A stretch of 64,000 nt of DNA, taken from positions 39,174,521 through 39,238,520 of the forward strand of contig JARDVH010000106.1 of assembly GCA_030324005.1 (NCBI GenBank), read 5' to 3'. Every line of letters begins with the position of its first letter. The first letter of the stretch is position 1. Shown piece after piece: positions 1 through 12,160 of this stretch. Made by a program: the position numbers and the translations under genes. This stretch comes from Negaprion brevirostris. Taxonomy: Eukaryota. Below the pieces are notes generated by a model. It did not search any database, was not told the origin of the DNA, and was given only the letters and a program-made list of their open reading frames with translations.

Positions 1-395
1 ATGCAAAATGTAGTGTTACAGTCATAGCTGGGTGTAGAGGAAGATTAACTTAACGCAACATAGGTCCATTCAAAAGTCTGATGTCAGCAGGGAAGGAGCT
101 GTTCTTGAGTCATTTGGTACATGACTTTTGTATCTTTTTCTCAACGGAAGAAGGTGGAAGAGAGAATGTCGGGGGTGCATGGGGTCCTTAATTATGCTGG
201 CTGCTTTTCCAAGGCAGGAGGAAGTGTAGACAGAGTCAATGGATGGGAGGCTGCTTTGTGTGATGGATTGGGTTTCAGTCACAACCCTTTGTAGTTTCTT
301 GCAATATTGGGCAGGGCAGGAACCATACCAACCTGTGATATAACCAGAAATAATGCTTTCTATAGTGCATCTGCAAAAGTTGGTGAGAGTAAATT
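1..395 (-). mobile_element. Rex1/Babar-type LINE 3' fragment
   Basis: Minus ORF 70-282 reads CLGKAASIIKDPMHPRHSLFHLLPLRKRYKS, the C-terminal motif typical of Rex-Babar ORF2. Confidence 0.7.
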
Positions 396-1759
396 AGTTG
401 CTGTGATCAGACATGCACACCCTGAAAGATAGTGGAAGCAGATTTTGTAATTTTCTAAAGAGAATTGGATAACTACTTCATGGAAAATTACTTTCAGGAG
501 GAATGGACAGGTAAGTGAGATACCTGCAAATGGGATAGATTTTTCAAAGAGCCACCGCAAACTCAATGGCCCATATGAACCAAGATCAGGATGACCTGTT
601 CCCTTTACTAAAGGACACTTGTGAATCAGTTTGATTTTTGTGACAATCTGACAGTTTCAGGGTAACCTGCTTTTACAGATTTCAGGGGATTTATCTTTAA
701 ATAACTGAATTCTAGACAGATTTCCTTGGGTGAGATTTGCTTCTTTGAATCATTACTCCAGATCTCTGGATAATCACCTGTTACAGTTCCTGGTTTGAAA
801 TTTGTGTTCTTGCCCTGGCCTGTGGAATGAACTTTGCAGGTTTTTAGTTGGTGTTTACTGGTCAGATTTTTTTGCATTCCACATCTGGTTTTGCAGAAAT
901 ACCACCATCTGAACCACTTAAAACAATGCTTTACTGGGTTAAAGTGTGAACAATCAATTAATTGGATAGTTCATTTCCACAGACCTTGAAAATTTGAAAA
1001 CCATAATTTAAACATGCAAGAGATAGATGTATTTTTACTGTATAAACAACAGCAAAAATAGAAATGATATTGATCTGATGATGCTTACCACTAACCTTGA
1101 AGAATGCTGTCCACAAAATCTTTGTGATATCTGTGTGTGTGTGGGTCTTCTCTTTCCCAGTATCAGTTTGAGGCAAAGGGATCTCCAGTTGTCCAGCAAC
1201 AGCAAGCAGGGTGAAGAGCCAGTCATATTGACGTATTCTTTTAAGCGGCAAATCAGGAAGTAAAATGCACTAATTTAAAAAAAATTAAATTGAATAATTT
1301 AAGGAGAAAAAAATAAATTATTGGCTCATATGAGATTAGATTGGATGCTGAAATATCAAACTTTCAAAAAAACATAAAAATATTAGAGAAATTTGTGGCT
1401 GTTTAGAGTATTATTTTATTTGTTCATTTAATGTGTGTATTGCCAGCAAAGCTAGCCTTTATTACCTGTCTTTTAATTGCTCTTGAGAAGATGACTTACG
1501 ATCTTAGTGCACTGTTAAAGACCCAGTTACATCACTATCAATAAGGTGAAAATTTTTAAGGGTTTTTACAGTGGGACTAATAGAATACAAGGACATGTTT
1601 TCATCAATTCAGTGATTTCTAATTAATTGCAATCTGGGGAATTTCAACAGTGTACCCTGCAGTGAAGTGTAATGTCACTGACAACAACTTCTGGATCTCT
1701 GTGTTTAACTGTGCTGTCAGTTTCAGAGGAGTAATTATGGCAAATGCTAACAGTTCACT

Positions 1760-3130
1760 GTCATTACAATGGCAAATCCAAGTCACTGGATGTTTAAAAT
1801 TTCAAAATCTTAAAGTGCACCAGAAAGAGAGAGATCAGGGAATGGACAGTTATTAACAAAAGGAAATATTAGGAAAAGAATGAACAAATTCTTGGCTTTT
1901 GGAAGTGAGAAAAAGAGGAACGGTTTACTGAATGTTGTAAAGGGCATGGCTGTGGCAGCTAAAGGATTTGGCAACAAAGGAGAGAATGGGGTTTTAACAG
2001 CAGGCCAGAGGTGCAGAACTTNNNNNNNNNNATCTAGTGAGGCCGTGGAGGAATTTGTAAATTAGAATAATGATTGAAAAATGAATGCATTGAGGAGAGG
2101 CACCAATGTAGGTGAGCAAGGATAGAATGATGGATGAGCAGGACTTAAGGCAGAATAGTTTATAAACTTCGGACAAGTTGCAGTTAATTCAGGGCAGGAT
2201 ACTTCAGAGATGGAAATAAGTAGTCTTGGTGATAGATGGAATATTATTTGAAGTCTAGGCCAGAATCAAACTGGACCTGAGCTTTGACATAGGCTGATTT
2301 AGACTAAGTGTATAGCCAGGGAGAAGGGATGAGCTTTGTGCAAAGGAATAAAGTTTGTAATGGTTACTGAAAGAGAGAACTTCAGTCTTCTCAATACTCA
2401 GCTGGACTGAACTGAATTGATGTTGGACAAAAAGACTCAAAAGAAATGGAACAAAGGTAGACCTGGGTTTCAAAAATCATAAAAAGGAAGTTAACGCCAT
2501 ACATGCAAATAGTGTTACTTGGGGACAACAAATAAGTGAGGGAGGTTCATGAAAAGTCCTTGAGAGAAATGATATGTGAAGCTGTGTGTCGGGGAATAAA
2601 AACTATTGTGGAAACGTGTTGATTGCATTCAGATAGACAGAAGCGGACTGTACTTTGGAGGAAGGCGGTGTGGTAAATCATGATAAATAATTTGGGAAGG
2701 CTGCAGAGGACAAAGAAGGACAACACGCATGTCTCTCAGAGTATTTGTGATTTTGGTTAGTGCTGTTTTGTTGCAGTTAAGGAAGAAACCAAACTGGAAG
2801 GGTTCGAATAGGGAACTTTATGGGTCATGACATATTTGAGAACTTTGCAGAGGGAGGGAAGTTAGTGAGATGTCATTAGAGAGGAGGGATGGGTTATTTG
2901 AGACAGTTGCTGTGAAAGAGAACAGGATCAGAAGGGAAAGTTGAGTGGTCAGGAATAGTTGGGGGTGGGGGGCTGGTGGAAACAACTGGGTCAGGATCTG
3001 TTGGATTCAGATGAGTTAGCAGATGGCATGGTGGAGATACTGCAAGATGACAATATATGGGATGTTATGGGGAAGTTGGGGAGAGAGAAAGTGGTATATA
3101 CTGTTGCATGGTTAGTTTCAATCTTCAAGA
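1760..3130 (-). mobile_element. Highly decayed L2-type LINE
   Basis: Purine-rich + strand with remnants resembling the reverse complement of L2 RT sequence. No intact ORF; boundaries approximate. Confidence 0.45.
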
Positions 3131-3404
3131 CAAAATCCATAGTTCTTTGCTCTTGGGTCTGGCCTTGCCCTCAAGAATGAACTGGAAGTAATGAATTGTT
3201 TTTGAGACAGCAAATGTGAGGGACACACCACAGAGGGCATCACGGCTGGGAGTCAGTCTTGATTTGTTGGGTGCAAGACATTACAGAGGGATGCAAGAGA
3301 GCAGTATCATAGCTTGAAAATGTTGATATTTGATACACAGCAAATGAATTTGTGATTACCAGTACAGTTGCTCTATTTTCCTTTTCATAGCAACATCACC
3401 CGGG

Positions 3405-3720
3405 TCGCATGGTAGCGCAGTGGTTAGCACTGCTGCTTCACAGCTCCAGGGTCCTGGGTTNNNNNNNNNNNNNNNNNNNNNNNNNNNNNNNNNNNNNNNN
3501 NNNNNNNNNNNNNNNNNNNNNNNNNNNNNNNNNNNNNNNNNNNNNNNNNNNNNNNNNNNNGTTGATTGGCCATGCTAAAATTGCCCCTTAGTGTCCTGGG
3601 ATGTGTAGGTTAGAGGGATTAGTGGGTAAATGTGTGGAGATGTGGGGGTGGGATTGTGGTCAGTGCAGACTCGATGGGCCGAAGGGCCTGTTTCTGCACT
3701 GTAGGATTCTATGTTCTATA
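3405..3720 (+). mobile_element. HE1-type V-SINE with CR1-like tail (interrupted by gap)
   Basis: tRNA-like head TGGTAGCGCAGTGGTTAGCACTGCTGCTTCACAGC, then TTGGCCATGCTAAAATTGCCCCTTAGTGT and tail GATGGGCCGAAGGGCCTGTTTCTGCACTGTAGG. Confidence 0.85.
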
Positions 3721-3958
3721 TTCATCATCCATTAAGAATTAAGGTGTATGATTTAAATGTTTGCTATGTTATTATGACTGTTTTACTTGCCCTTCCTAGG
3801 TTTTTTTTAAATCTTGCATGCTAACTTATAATGGATTTTATCAATTTATTAAAACAGCAACTCTGACTAGGACCAAAAACATACCAAAATTGAAAAGAAC
3901 ACAAACTGCATGAGTAGAATGTATGTAATTAATAAATAATTTTTCTAATTCTGTCTAG

Positions 3959-6823
3959 GTGGACACAGCCTCAGTGAGACAGATTGATCGTCTTAGAGCT
4001 GCCAGTGGGATCATGCAAGAAGAACTGAGGAGCCATAATGGTATTATGTATCCTACTGCACGTGGGCTTAGAAATGAAAAGGAACAAGAGGCTGCAGTTG
4101 CAATGGCCAGCTTGGGATTTATGACTGACAGAATATCTGATTTGAATTATAAATCACATCCGTCAGAAACCCTAGAAAATGGCAGCGGTTGCACAAAGCC
4201 CCATGAAAGCTTCAGCACACTGTACAAATCACCAACTGGACTACAAAACACTGCTGGTGCGAGAGGTGAACCATTGGGACTAGAAGGATCCTCGGCTGGT
4301 AAACAAACTCCAGTAAATGGAACCGGTCCTAATTACCTGCGAATTCCATGGGTTAGCCCATACATGGAGAGCCCAGCTCCAGGGATGTATCCATTTGTGG
4401 ACTCGCCAAGCAAGTACCCAATGAACATGTATAAAACATGCTTGATACCTTCGCAGAATTCTTATGGCTTACCACAACACATCTCCTATTCACCTGTCTG
4501 TAGTCACAGTGATCGCTTCTTGTACATACCACCTCCCCATTACGGTTTGCCTCATATACCTTCATCTCTTCCTTCCCCGCTAAGGATTACACCAGCTGCA
4601 ACATCACCTATAATGTCTTCTATGGTTCATTGTCCTGATAAATGTCTATCAGGAATAATGACAGGTAATCCTAGATTGCAGGTTGATCCACACATTTTGA
4701 CACATCAGATACCTAGTAGCAAGAAATCGAGGGCTACAGCTAGTGAAAAGTCAAATGCTAGTAGCATTTCTACGGACCCCGCTTCACTGTTGCAATCTCC
4801 CAAGCCACCTTCCCATCTTCATTTATCCTCGTCACAAATCGGAGAGAGCTCTTCAGAATTTCAGAAACATCTTGCCAGGATATCTGGTCCTACTTCTGCA
4901 ATGCCACTTCCACATGGTTATTTAAGCCTAAGTAGTGAATTTACTTCTCCGGCACGATCAACAAACAGTAAAAATTCAAAACCACCAGAATCTAGTGAAA
5001 ATTTCCAACAAACAATAACACATGCACGAAACTCTCAGCCAGAACAAAAAACTACAAAGTCTCCATCACAGCAAGAAACACAAACACCCACCAAAGACTG
5101 CAATGAGAAGCCTCTAGATCTGTCTTCTAAAGTAGGCTGTGGTGAGACATCGAATGACCAGGTATCAAAGGCTGAAAGTACTGATAAGGTGGTGCCAGCA
5201 TTAGCACCTGGCAAATGGCGAAACAACTCCTCGCTGTCTGGCAGGGAAACACTGTCTAGCAGGGAAACTCATCCTGAAGGTTTTTCAACTTCAACACACA
5301 GTGATCTCCCTATTGAAAGACCTGCTATTATCAACAAATTGCACTCTACCTGGGCCATTCCTGGTACTAGTTCACCTGGAGACCATCAAACCAGTAGCAT
5401 CTTGGTGAGCAATAAAACACTAGAGCGTATAATTCCCCATCAGAGGAGTTCCTCGTGCCCTAGGATTGGGAGTTCCAATGGTTCTGTAAATCATATTCCA
5501 TGTTCAGTCTCTGGATTGGGCCGACCTGCTTCTGCTTCACCATCGCCTAATGTTAGTACTGAATGGGGCCACTCTGAAAAGACCCATAGGAATAACTCCT
5601 CAAATAAAACATCTGTGATTCACCAAACAGGGCAGTCCTCTCCGGTACCCAGTAAGCAAACTAAAGGGACCAAAGGTGGTTGTCAGGATTTTGTTTCACA
5701 TGTAACTGAAAGTGGTCATTCATCAAGTTCAATATTTCTAACCCCAAATGAAACATTTCTTTCGCCACCTTTACCATACCCAAACAGATATTTCACCTAC
5801 TCTACACCAGACGGAATCCCACTCGGCCACCTCCCCTTACCTGATAAAGGACTTGTATTTCCCCATCCTGCCTTATTGCCTAATGGCAATTTATATGCAG
5901 GAAACCTGGCACCAAAGCACAGACTTCCTTATAGCAGCTTGCCAACGTGCAGAGGTGAATACGCCATGTTTCACAACTCTCAACGTTTAATCAGCCCCAT
6001 CATCTCGCCACACACTTCTCAAGAAGAGAAAAGGAGTGAGGGAGCACAGCGGCGATCCAGATCACATGATCGGCTTCGATGCAGTGAAGAGCCAGTTAAC
6101 AGAGAGAGACCATCAGAGATTTCACAGAAGTTAAATGCAACTCAGCAACATGTTTCAGCTGGAGCTGAACTCTCATGTAATAACCCAAAGAATCATGGCA
6201 AAACAGTTGCCAAAGATAACAAGGACAAACATTTAATCATAGAACACACTGATCAATGGGGAAAAATTGAAGCAAAAGCAACTAAAAAAAGCATCCTGCT
6301 AGAAGGGAACAACAAACAATATTCTGCAAAGGAAGTCAGTGAGAGAACAGCTGACCCTGCGGAAGCCAGCGTCATACAAGATAGTATCCAAAAAGACAAA
6401 GATGGCCATAAGGCAGTAGAGATGTGTAGCTCGTCACAGGGTCAGTGTTTACCAAATCAGAACTTAAACAAAAATTTTATTTCAGACTGCCAAAGTAAAG
6501 AGAGTGCAACAGTTCTGGTTGCTGACCTAACAGCGAATGGTCGCATAGTTGATGGTGTTGCCACATCTTCGGGCAACACACATACCGTTAAGGAACTTGG
6601 TGCTGAAACTGAGCAGTTTTTGGCTCAATTGAATCACAGTGATACCAAAGACAGAACTGATGACTTGGACATAGCAGCTGCTAAATTTATGAAGCCGAAA
6701 AAATCTAACCTAACAAAACGAATTGCAAACTCAGCTGGGTATGTGGGAGATAAATTTAAGTGTGTCACAACAGAACTCTATGCTGACTCTAGCCAGCTTA
6801 GTAGAGAACAGCGAGCATTACAG
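3959..6823 (+). CDS. BCOR: BCOR large exon (human exon 4 equivalent), 955 codons, phase 0-0
   Basis: Acceptor ctgtctag|GTG at 3958/3959 and donor CAG|gtgagt at 6823/6824. Translation has BCOR-specific blocks NYLRIPWVSPYME, RFLYIPPPHY, KPLDLSSK (PxDLS), QRSSSCPR and KRIANSAGYVGDKFKCVTTELYADSSQLSREQRALQ. Confidence 0.97.
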
Positions 6824-7104
6824 GTGAGTTGTTGACTTGTTTATCATAGCCACTTAAATTGTTGAACAAAACTGGTAAGACCTTTTTAATTTCCAACACT
6901 TAATGTTCTCAGTGCTTGAGAAAAATTTAGAGCTACAGAAGGAATTTGTAAAATTCAGAGAGAAGAGCCTTTTTTTCTCTTGAACTTTCTGCCTTGAATT
7001 GTATCCAATACTATGCTGTGGTATAGAATTGTCTTGCTGATTATTCTATTGTAATAATTTCATCAGCATGTGAGTAATGATGCATAGCAACAATTAGTCC
7101 AAAT

Positions 7105-7335
7105 TGTTCTTGGAATATTGGCGACACTAGCAAGACAATATTTACTGTTCTTCCCTAATTGTCCTGAGGAATTAAGGACCAACTACATATTATAGGAGAT
7201 GAGTCACATGTAGGTCAGACTTGGCAAGGCTTGCAGGATTAATGACAAATCTGTAGCTTTTATGGTAATTTTATCCATAAATTACCAAATATTTTGGATT
7301 CCGTTTCTCAAATTGTCATGGTGGAATTGAACTGA
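7105..7335 (-). mobile_element. Decayed tRNA-SINE of the same family as 57693-58060
   Basis: Degenerate reverse-complement match (ccctaattgtcct, gagtcacatgtaggtcagac). Confidence 0.55.
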
Positions 7336-8141
7336 AGACCTGCTGGTTGCTAATCCATTATTGTGACACTAGACCGCTGTAACCATGTAATGTTTTGGCT
7401 TGTCTCAAAAATATTGCCAGCAGTCTTGTGATATTACACCATTAAGATCAAATGCCCTTTGTTTTTCATTATTAGTAATCTTTTTCTGTATAGTCAAATC
7501 ATCCCAATGCAAAACATTTTCAAAAAAGAAAATGGGGAAAAAATAATGTTTGTGTGTATATGTGGTTTTTTTCAAGTTGAATGGTCAGGGAATGTGCTAC
7601 AGACTTGTACACTGTCATGTTTTCGCTTTGTCTTTTGTATACGTGGTTGTGCTGCTCAATGCAAATGAATTTTTGGAACTGTATACACATATGTAATTTT
7701 ATGTCCATGGACACCCCTATTCTATATTTCTGTAGCATGCTCAAATGTTAGACATTGTCTGCTGTTATTGCTCTTGCACCAAATCTTTAAACCAGGAAGT
7801 ATGCAGAGATAAAACCAATTAGTAACATTGTGGTCAGTAGGCCCACAAAACTAAACCTTCCTCCTGTGGTAGTGACATTATAACTGTATGGGTCCACCTG
7901 CTGTGGTATGAACAAGGTGAATTCCTTCCAATTCATGCTTCTATGCGCTTTTTCACACATTTGTACTCAGCATTCTATACGTGTTTATTGTTTGTAAGAT
8001 CTTCAGTAAACATTGCAGCTTTACACATATTTCTGATAGGTGATAAGCCACTTGATTTTCATTCTTATTGTGAAATATTGGTTTATGTCTGTAAAAATGA
8101 ATGAAAAAGTTCCCCACTGAGTGATCATTTTAATTGAATAG

Positions 8142-8198
8142 ATGGAAGGATTATCACAAGAGGACAGTATTTTATATCAGCCTGCTGCTTACTGTGAG
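8142..8198 (+). CDS. BCOR: BCOR exon 5 equivalent (MEGLSQEDSILYQPAAYCE), 57 nt, phase 0-0
   Basis: aatag|ATG acceptor and GAG|gtcagt donor. Matches human MEGLQEDSILCLPAAYCE as recalled. Too short for the ORF track. Confidence 0.93.
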
Positions 8199-8610
8199 GT
8201 CAGTTCTTAAGATTTTTCTCAGATTATTTTAACTAAAATGAAAAGAACTGTTAAATGATTTTCATGAACAAAGTTTGGGCAGTGAGCCAATAGATGTGGA
8301 CCCCAAGATGAGTGTACAAACTACTTCCCTTGTGTTGTGTTGAAACTCTCAAGCATGTTTCAGGATTGTGTGCAACAGAAATATACTGATTTTTTTTTGT
8401 AACATACAACATTCTCCCTTTTTCATGGGGACACTATAGCTTTTCATTTTATTAAATAGTTCATCAATACAACTTAGCACTTTTCAGTGTTTTAGAAAAC
8501 CTTTCAACGGATGTACAGTATAGGGGTGAAAATAAGACAAATTTGATACCATTAATTAAGAGTTACTAATAAACTATGTCATTATTTCATCTTTTCATTT
8601 ATGGTTCTAG

Positions 8611-8791
8611 CGTGCTATGATGCGTTTCTCTGAACTCGAGATGAAACAACGGGACGATCGAGTATCTGAAGACTCATTAGAGGACAGCAAATTAAGTGAC
8701 ACAGAGAGCAAAATCTTCATGGGAAAAAAGGAGAAGAAGTCAAAGGGAGATTCAGAAGAAGAGAATACGTCAGTGGAAAATTTTGATGAAC
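8611..8791 (+). CDS. BCOR: BCOR exon 6 equivalent (RAMMRFSELEMK...), 181 nt, phase 0-1
   Basis: ttctag|CGT acceptor and C|gtgagt donor. RAMMRFSELEMK is the conserved BCOR motif. Confidence 0.95.
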
Positions 8792-10348
8792 GTGAGTGAT
8801 ATCAGCAATTGCAATGTTAAAAGGCTATTTGTACTGTTAAAATGTTGACTATAACCTCTAGTACACTTAAATTCCCATGAAGTCATTGTCTTATTGATAG
8901 CTTATTCATTATCACAATAAAGTGACAAATATGATGAAAGGTATAGTATCTCTCTAAAATGTCTACAAAATCGAAGTATGAATTGGTTAGAGCTGCTTAT
9001 TCTATTGCCAATGAGGTTATATTTGGAATAGACATTGCAGATCTACAATGGTGTATACAATTTAGTGATTGGACTACTTGGACAATAAAATCAGCAACGA
9101 TTGAGAAATTTTGAACTTGTTCAGACAAGTGAGGACTTTTACACAGTTAGCTTTAAAATGCTGAGAATTAGGCCTTTTAATTCAGTAATCTTGACAATCT
9201 GCTATTTTTCACATTGTACAAAAGTAAACTAATTTACTGAGCAGCATATTTGTGCTGTGCTTCTTGGAACTTCATCAGGTTTCATAGTATGGAATATTCC
9301 TTAGTATGGAATATTTATTATGCAGTCATATAATGTACATGCGCATTACAATAAACAAAACAGCTAGCATTGATGAAACAGAAGTCCCAAGGTGACTCAC
9401 AGGAGCATTAGCAAACAAAATTTGACGCTGAGACACATAGAGCATTTGGTCCTCTGCCACAATATCTCCTAAGGAGTGTCGAATAAAGAAAGTTAGTGAG
9501 GCAGCGTGTTTTAGGAATGAAATTTCTGAAGTTAGGACCGTGGCAACTAAAGGCAAGGAGAAAGAATTTATTGGTTTAAAATCAAAACACCAGCCCAGAA
9601 AATAGGAAATCATATAACAACATCCAGCCACCATGCCATAGGAAAACAAAATCAACAATATTTATTATTATTATTATTTATATATCTGTTCCAAGAATCT
9701 ATCCAATATAGAGTCTTGAACAGCTATATTTTGTATTATTGATTATCATTGCCTGTACTAATTTCCCTAACATATGTTGCATTCTAATTTGTCAGCAATC
9801 ACCAACATTGTAGCTTATTTCTATGTACTTCCAAAATAATGCTAACTTAAATGTGTGTACATGACCAAGAAAAAATGTCCTGAAACTACTTTGTTGCAGC
9901 ATGCTATTTAGTGATACTTGAAGTGCTTCGCAGTTTGTTTTACTAACTTGTCTGCAATTGAGACCGATAGCTGCCATAATATTTTGACTGTTTTGAAATT
10001 TAGTGAATTTTTAAATACAAGCAACGGTAGCATCTAAAATAAACTTGCTAGGAAAATTGCCACGTCTGCCTGAAGTGCTTTCCCACAAGAGATGAAAAGT
10101 CTTCGGGCCATTTAGCAACACCATGGCAGCTCCACCTTGACTATTTTTATGTGGAAGATGAAAGGCAAATATGTATACAAGCTTAATCCAGGTGTATGAT
10201 GGTTTTCGAAAATAGTTTTGAAATCCCAGTTTTAAACAGAAGAGCCATAATACCACAAGCCTACTTCAGTTATGGTCAAGGAGAAGAGAGGGGTTTTTAA
10301 ACAACAAAGTTCAGCAACTATGATTTTTGGCTACTGAAATTGCATTGA

Positions 10349-10512
10349 GAAGTCTCATGACACCAGGTTAAAGTCCAACAGGTTTATTTGGAATCATGAG
10401 CTTTCAGAGCACTGCTCCTTCACCTGATGATTCCAGATAAACCTGTTGGACTTTAAGCCGGTGTTGTGTGAGAATTCTTACTGTGCCCACCCCAGCTGGC
10501 ATCTCCACATCA
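10349..10512. mobile_element. Penelope-like element terminal fragments in inverted arrangement
   Basis: Arms 10360-10397 and 10427-10465 are reverse complements (CCAGGTTAAAGTCCAACAGGTTTATTTGGAATCAT / ATGATTCCAGATAAACCTGTTGGACTTTAA) around a broken CTGATGA...GAAA hammerhead core. Confidence 0.7.
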
Positions 10513-11959
10513 AAACTACATTGTTATCGTTCATTTCAAAACTCCTTAATCCACTGGTTTTGGAAGCAAATGAAGTCATTTCAGAAACATCTTTATCTCA
10601 GATTGTGCTTTCAAGATCATTGTCGGGTAGCAACCATTGACCGGCTGTAACATCATCCGTTTGATGAATTGGAGGGCCCTATTTAAAAATAATAATGAAA
10701 GGGTTCAGTTTACACTTTGGATGCAACCATGAAATTGCATTGAAAATTCTGCTGGTTAAGTTACAGTTCAAGATTCTATACTATCTTTGATGGACCAACA
10801 ATCAGACGGCATTATAGAGTGCCAGCATTTATCCTTTTTTACGATTAAAATGTACTTGTAAGATTGGTAACCTGGTCCAGAATAACCTGATTTAAAATCA
10901 CTAAAAAACAACTTTAAGGAGCTACGCTGAATTGTCTATCAGTTCTAATGGTGTAAAGAATTACTTAATAAATTATATATTCTACGGCATGAGAAAACTT
11001 TAACTGTCTTATCTTGCTAGCACAATTGACAGAATCTCACTATTTCCACGTGGTGGGGGGACATGGCCAGTTTTGTCAAAGGTCCTGATCTTGGTAAACT
11101 GAATCTTAAACTAGCAAAACAATTGAAGGAAATATGCCCATTAACAGTTTTGTTCANNNNNNNNNNNNNNNNNNNNNNNNNNNNNNNNNNNNNNNNNNNN
11201 NNNNNNNNNNNNNNNNNTGTGTAAATGAGCTGATATGTGAAATAGTACGATTGTAGAGAGTACAGAATTAATGATCTAGTGAATTCATTATTGTTCTATT
11301 GTTAAATCCAATGTTTTTCAATACCAACTACCTCTGTATTTAATCTCCAGCATTTCAGTGAGTTGTATGATTATCACTGGTAGTATTTTAGTGTCCTGTA
11401 CTGTCATACAGTTTTTAATGCTTTATTCAGACCATCATCCTGAGTAGAGAAAGCTGGCCTATCTCTGTGATCATATCAGCCAATAGGTTCTTGCTGCACA
11501 AGGTCATTCATTAATGCTGCTGAATTAGTGGTTGACACTTCAATTCCCTGTTAGTCTACTTACTCACCTGCCAATCATCTGACAGTGAAAGACCAGTAAT
11601 GAAACTGCCTGGTTGCTGTGGTGAATTGAAACTATTACCATGACAACAATGCTATGGAGTATTTCCATGGTATACCACATAGTGATAAATTACGGGATGT
11701 GCCATGTGTCATATGATTCTTGTTAGCTGTGATTAGGTAATTTAAGCAACCACAAATAATTCACTGTTATACAAGTGATTGTCATGTGTTGGTCAGAAAT
11801 TTTAAGCACTACTGATAAAACATTGTATTTACAGCAACATCAGTAAGTTAGATTTATGTTGTAAGAAGTTCTCTTTCGAAACTCACTGATGTATGGTACA
11901 TTACTGTTTCAGTGGTGCTGGTAGTCCTTGCATAATATATATCTGTTCTTTAAGTATGA

Positions 11960-12160
11960 GCCAAAGCAGTAAGTGTTGACAGACTATCAGATCATAGCTC
12001 AGCATTGCATTTAAGCTTCCACCTGTCCTCAGCCAGTGTGCCCACACCTAGACTTTCCAACTATCCAAGCTGAGGGACATGGCTCACCTGTGATTAACTA
12101 ACACAACACAGACCAACTGTCAAACTGCTGGCTTCTTAGTCTGTATGGCTTGGTAGCATA
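11960..12160 (-). mobile_element. Ancient tRNA-SINE remnant (same family as 63560-63830)
   Basis: Degenerate reverse-complement similarity to 63560-63830 (tgtcctcagccagtgtgcccacac; cacagacc...gtctgtatggct). Family name uncertain. Confidence 0.4.

Noticed and set aside
1-3958. Search for BCOR coding exons 2-3 (MLSATPLY... and the short following exon), including ORF 1027-1263
   Set aside because: No recognisable match by eye; they are probably upstream of the window or in a gap.
3959-6835. 958-aa ORF as a standalone single-exon gene
   Set aside because: It starts with GTG right after a splice acceptor and runs through a GT donor at 6824; it is an internal BCOR exon.
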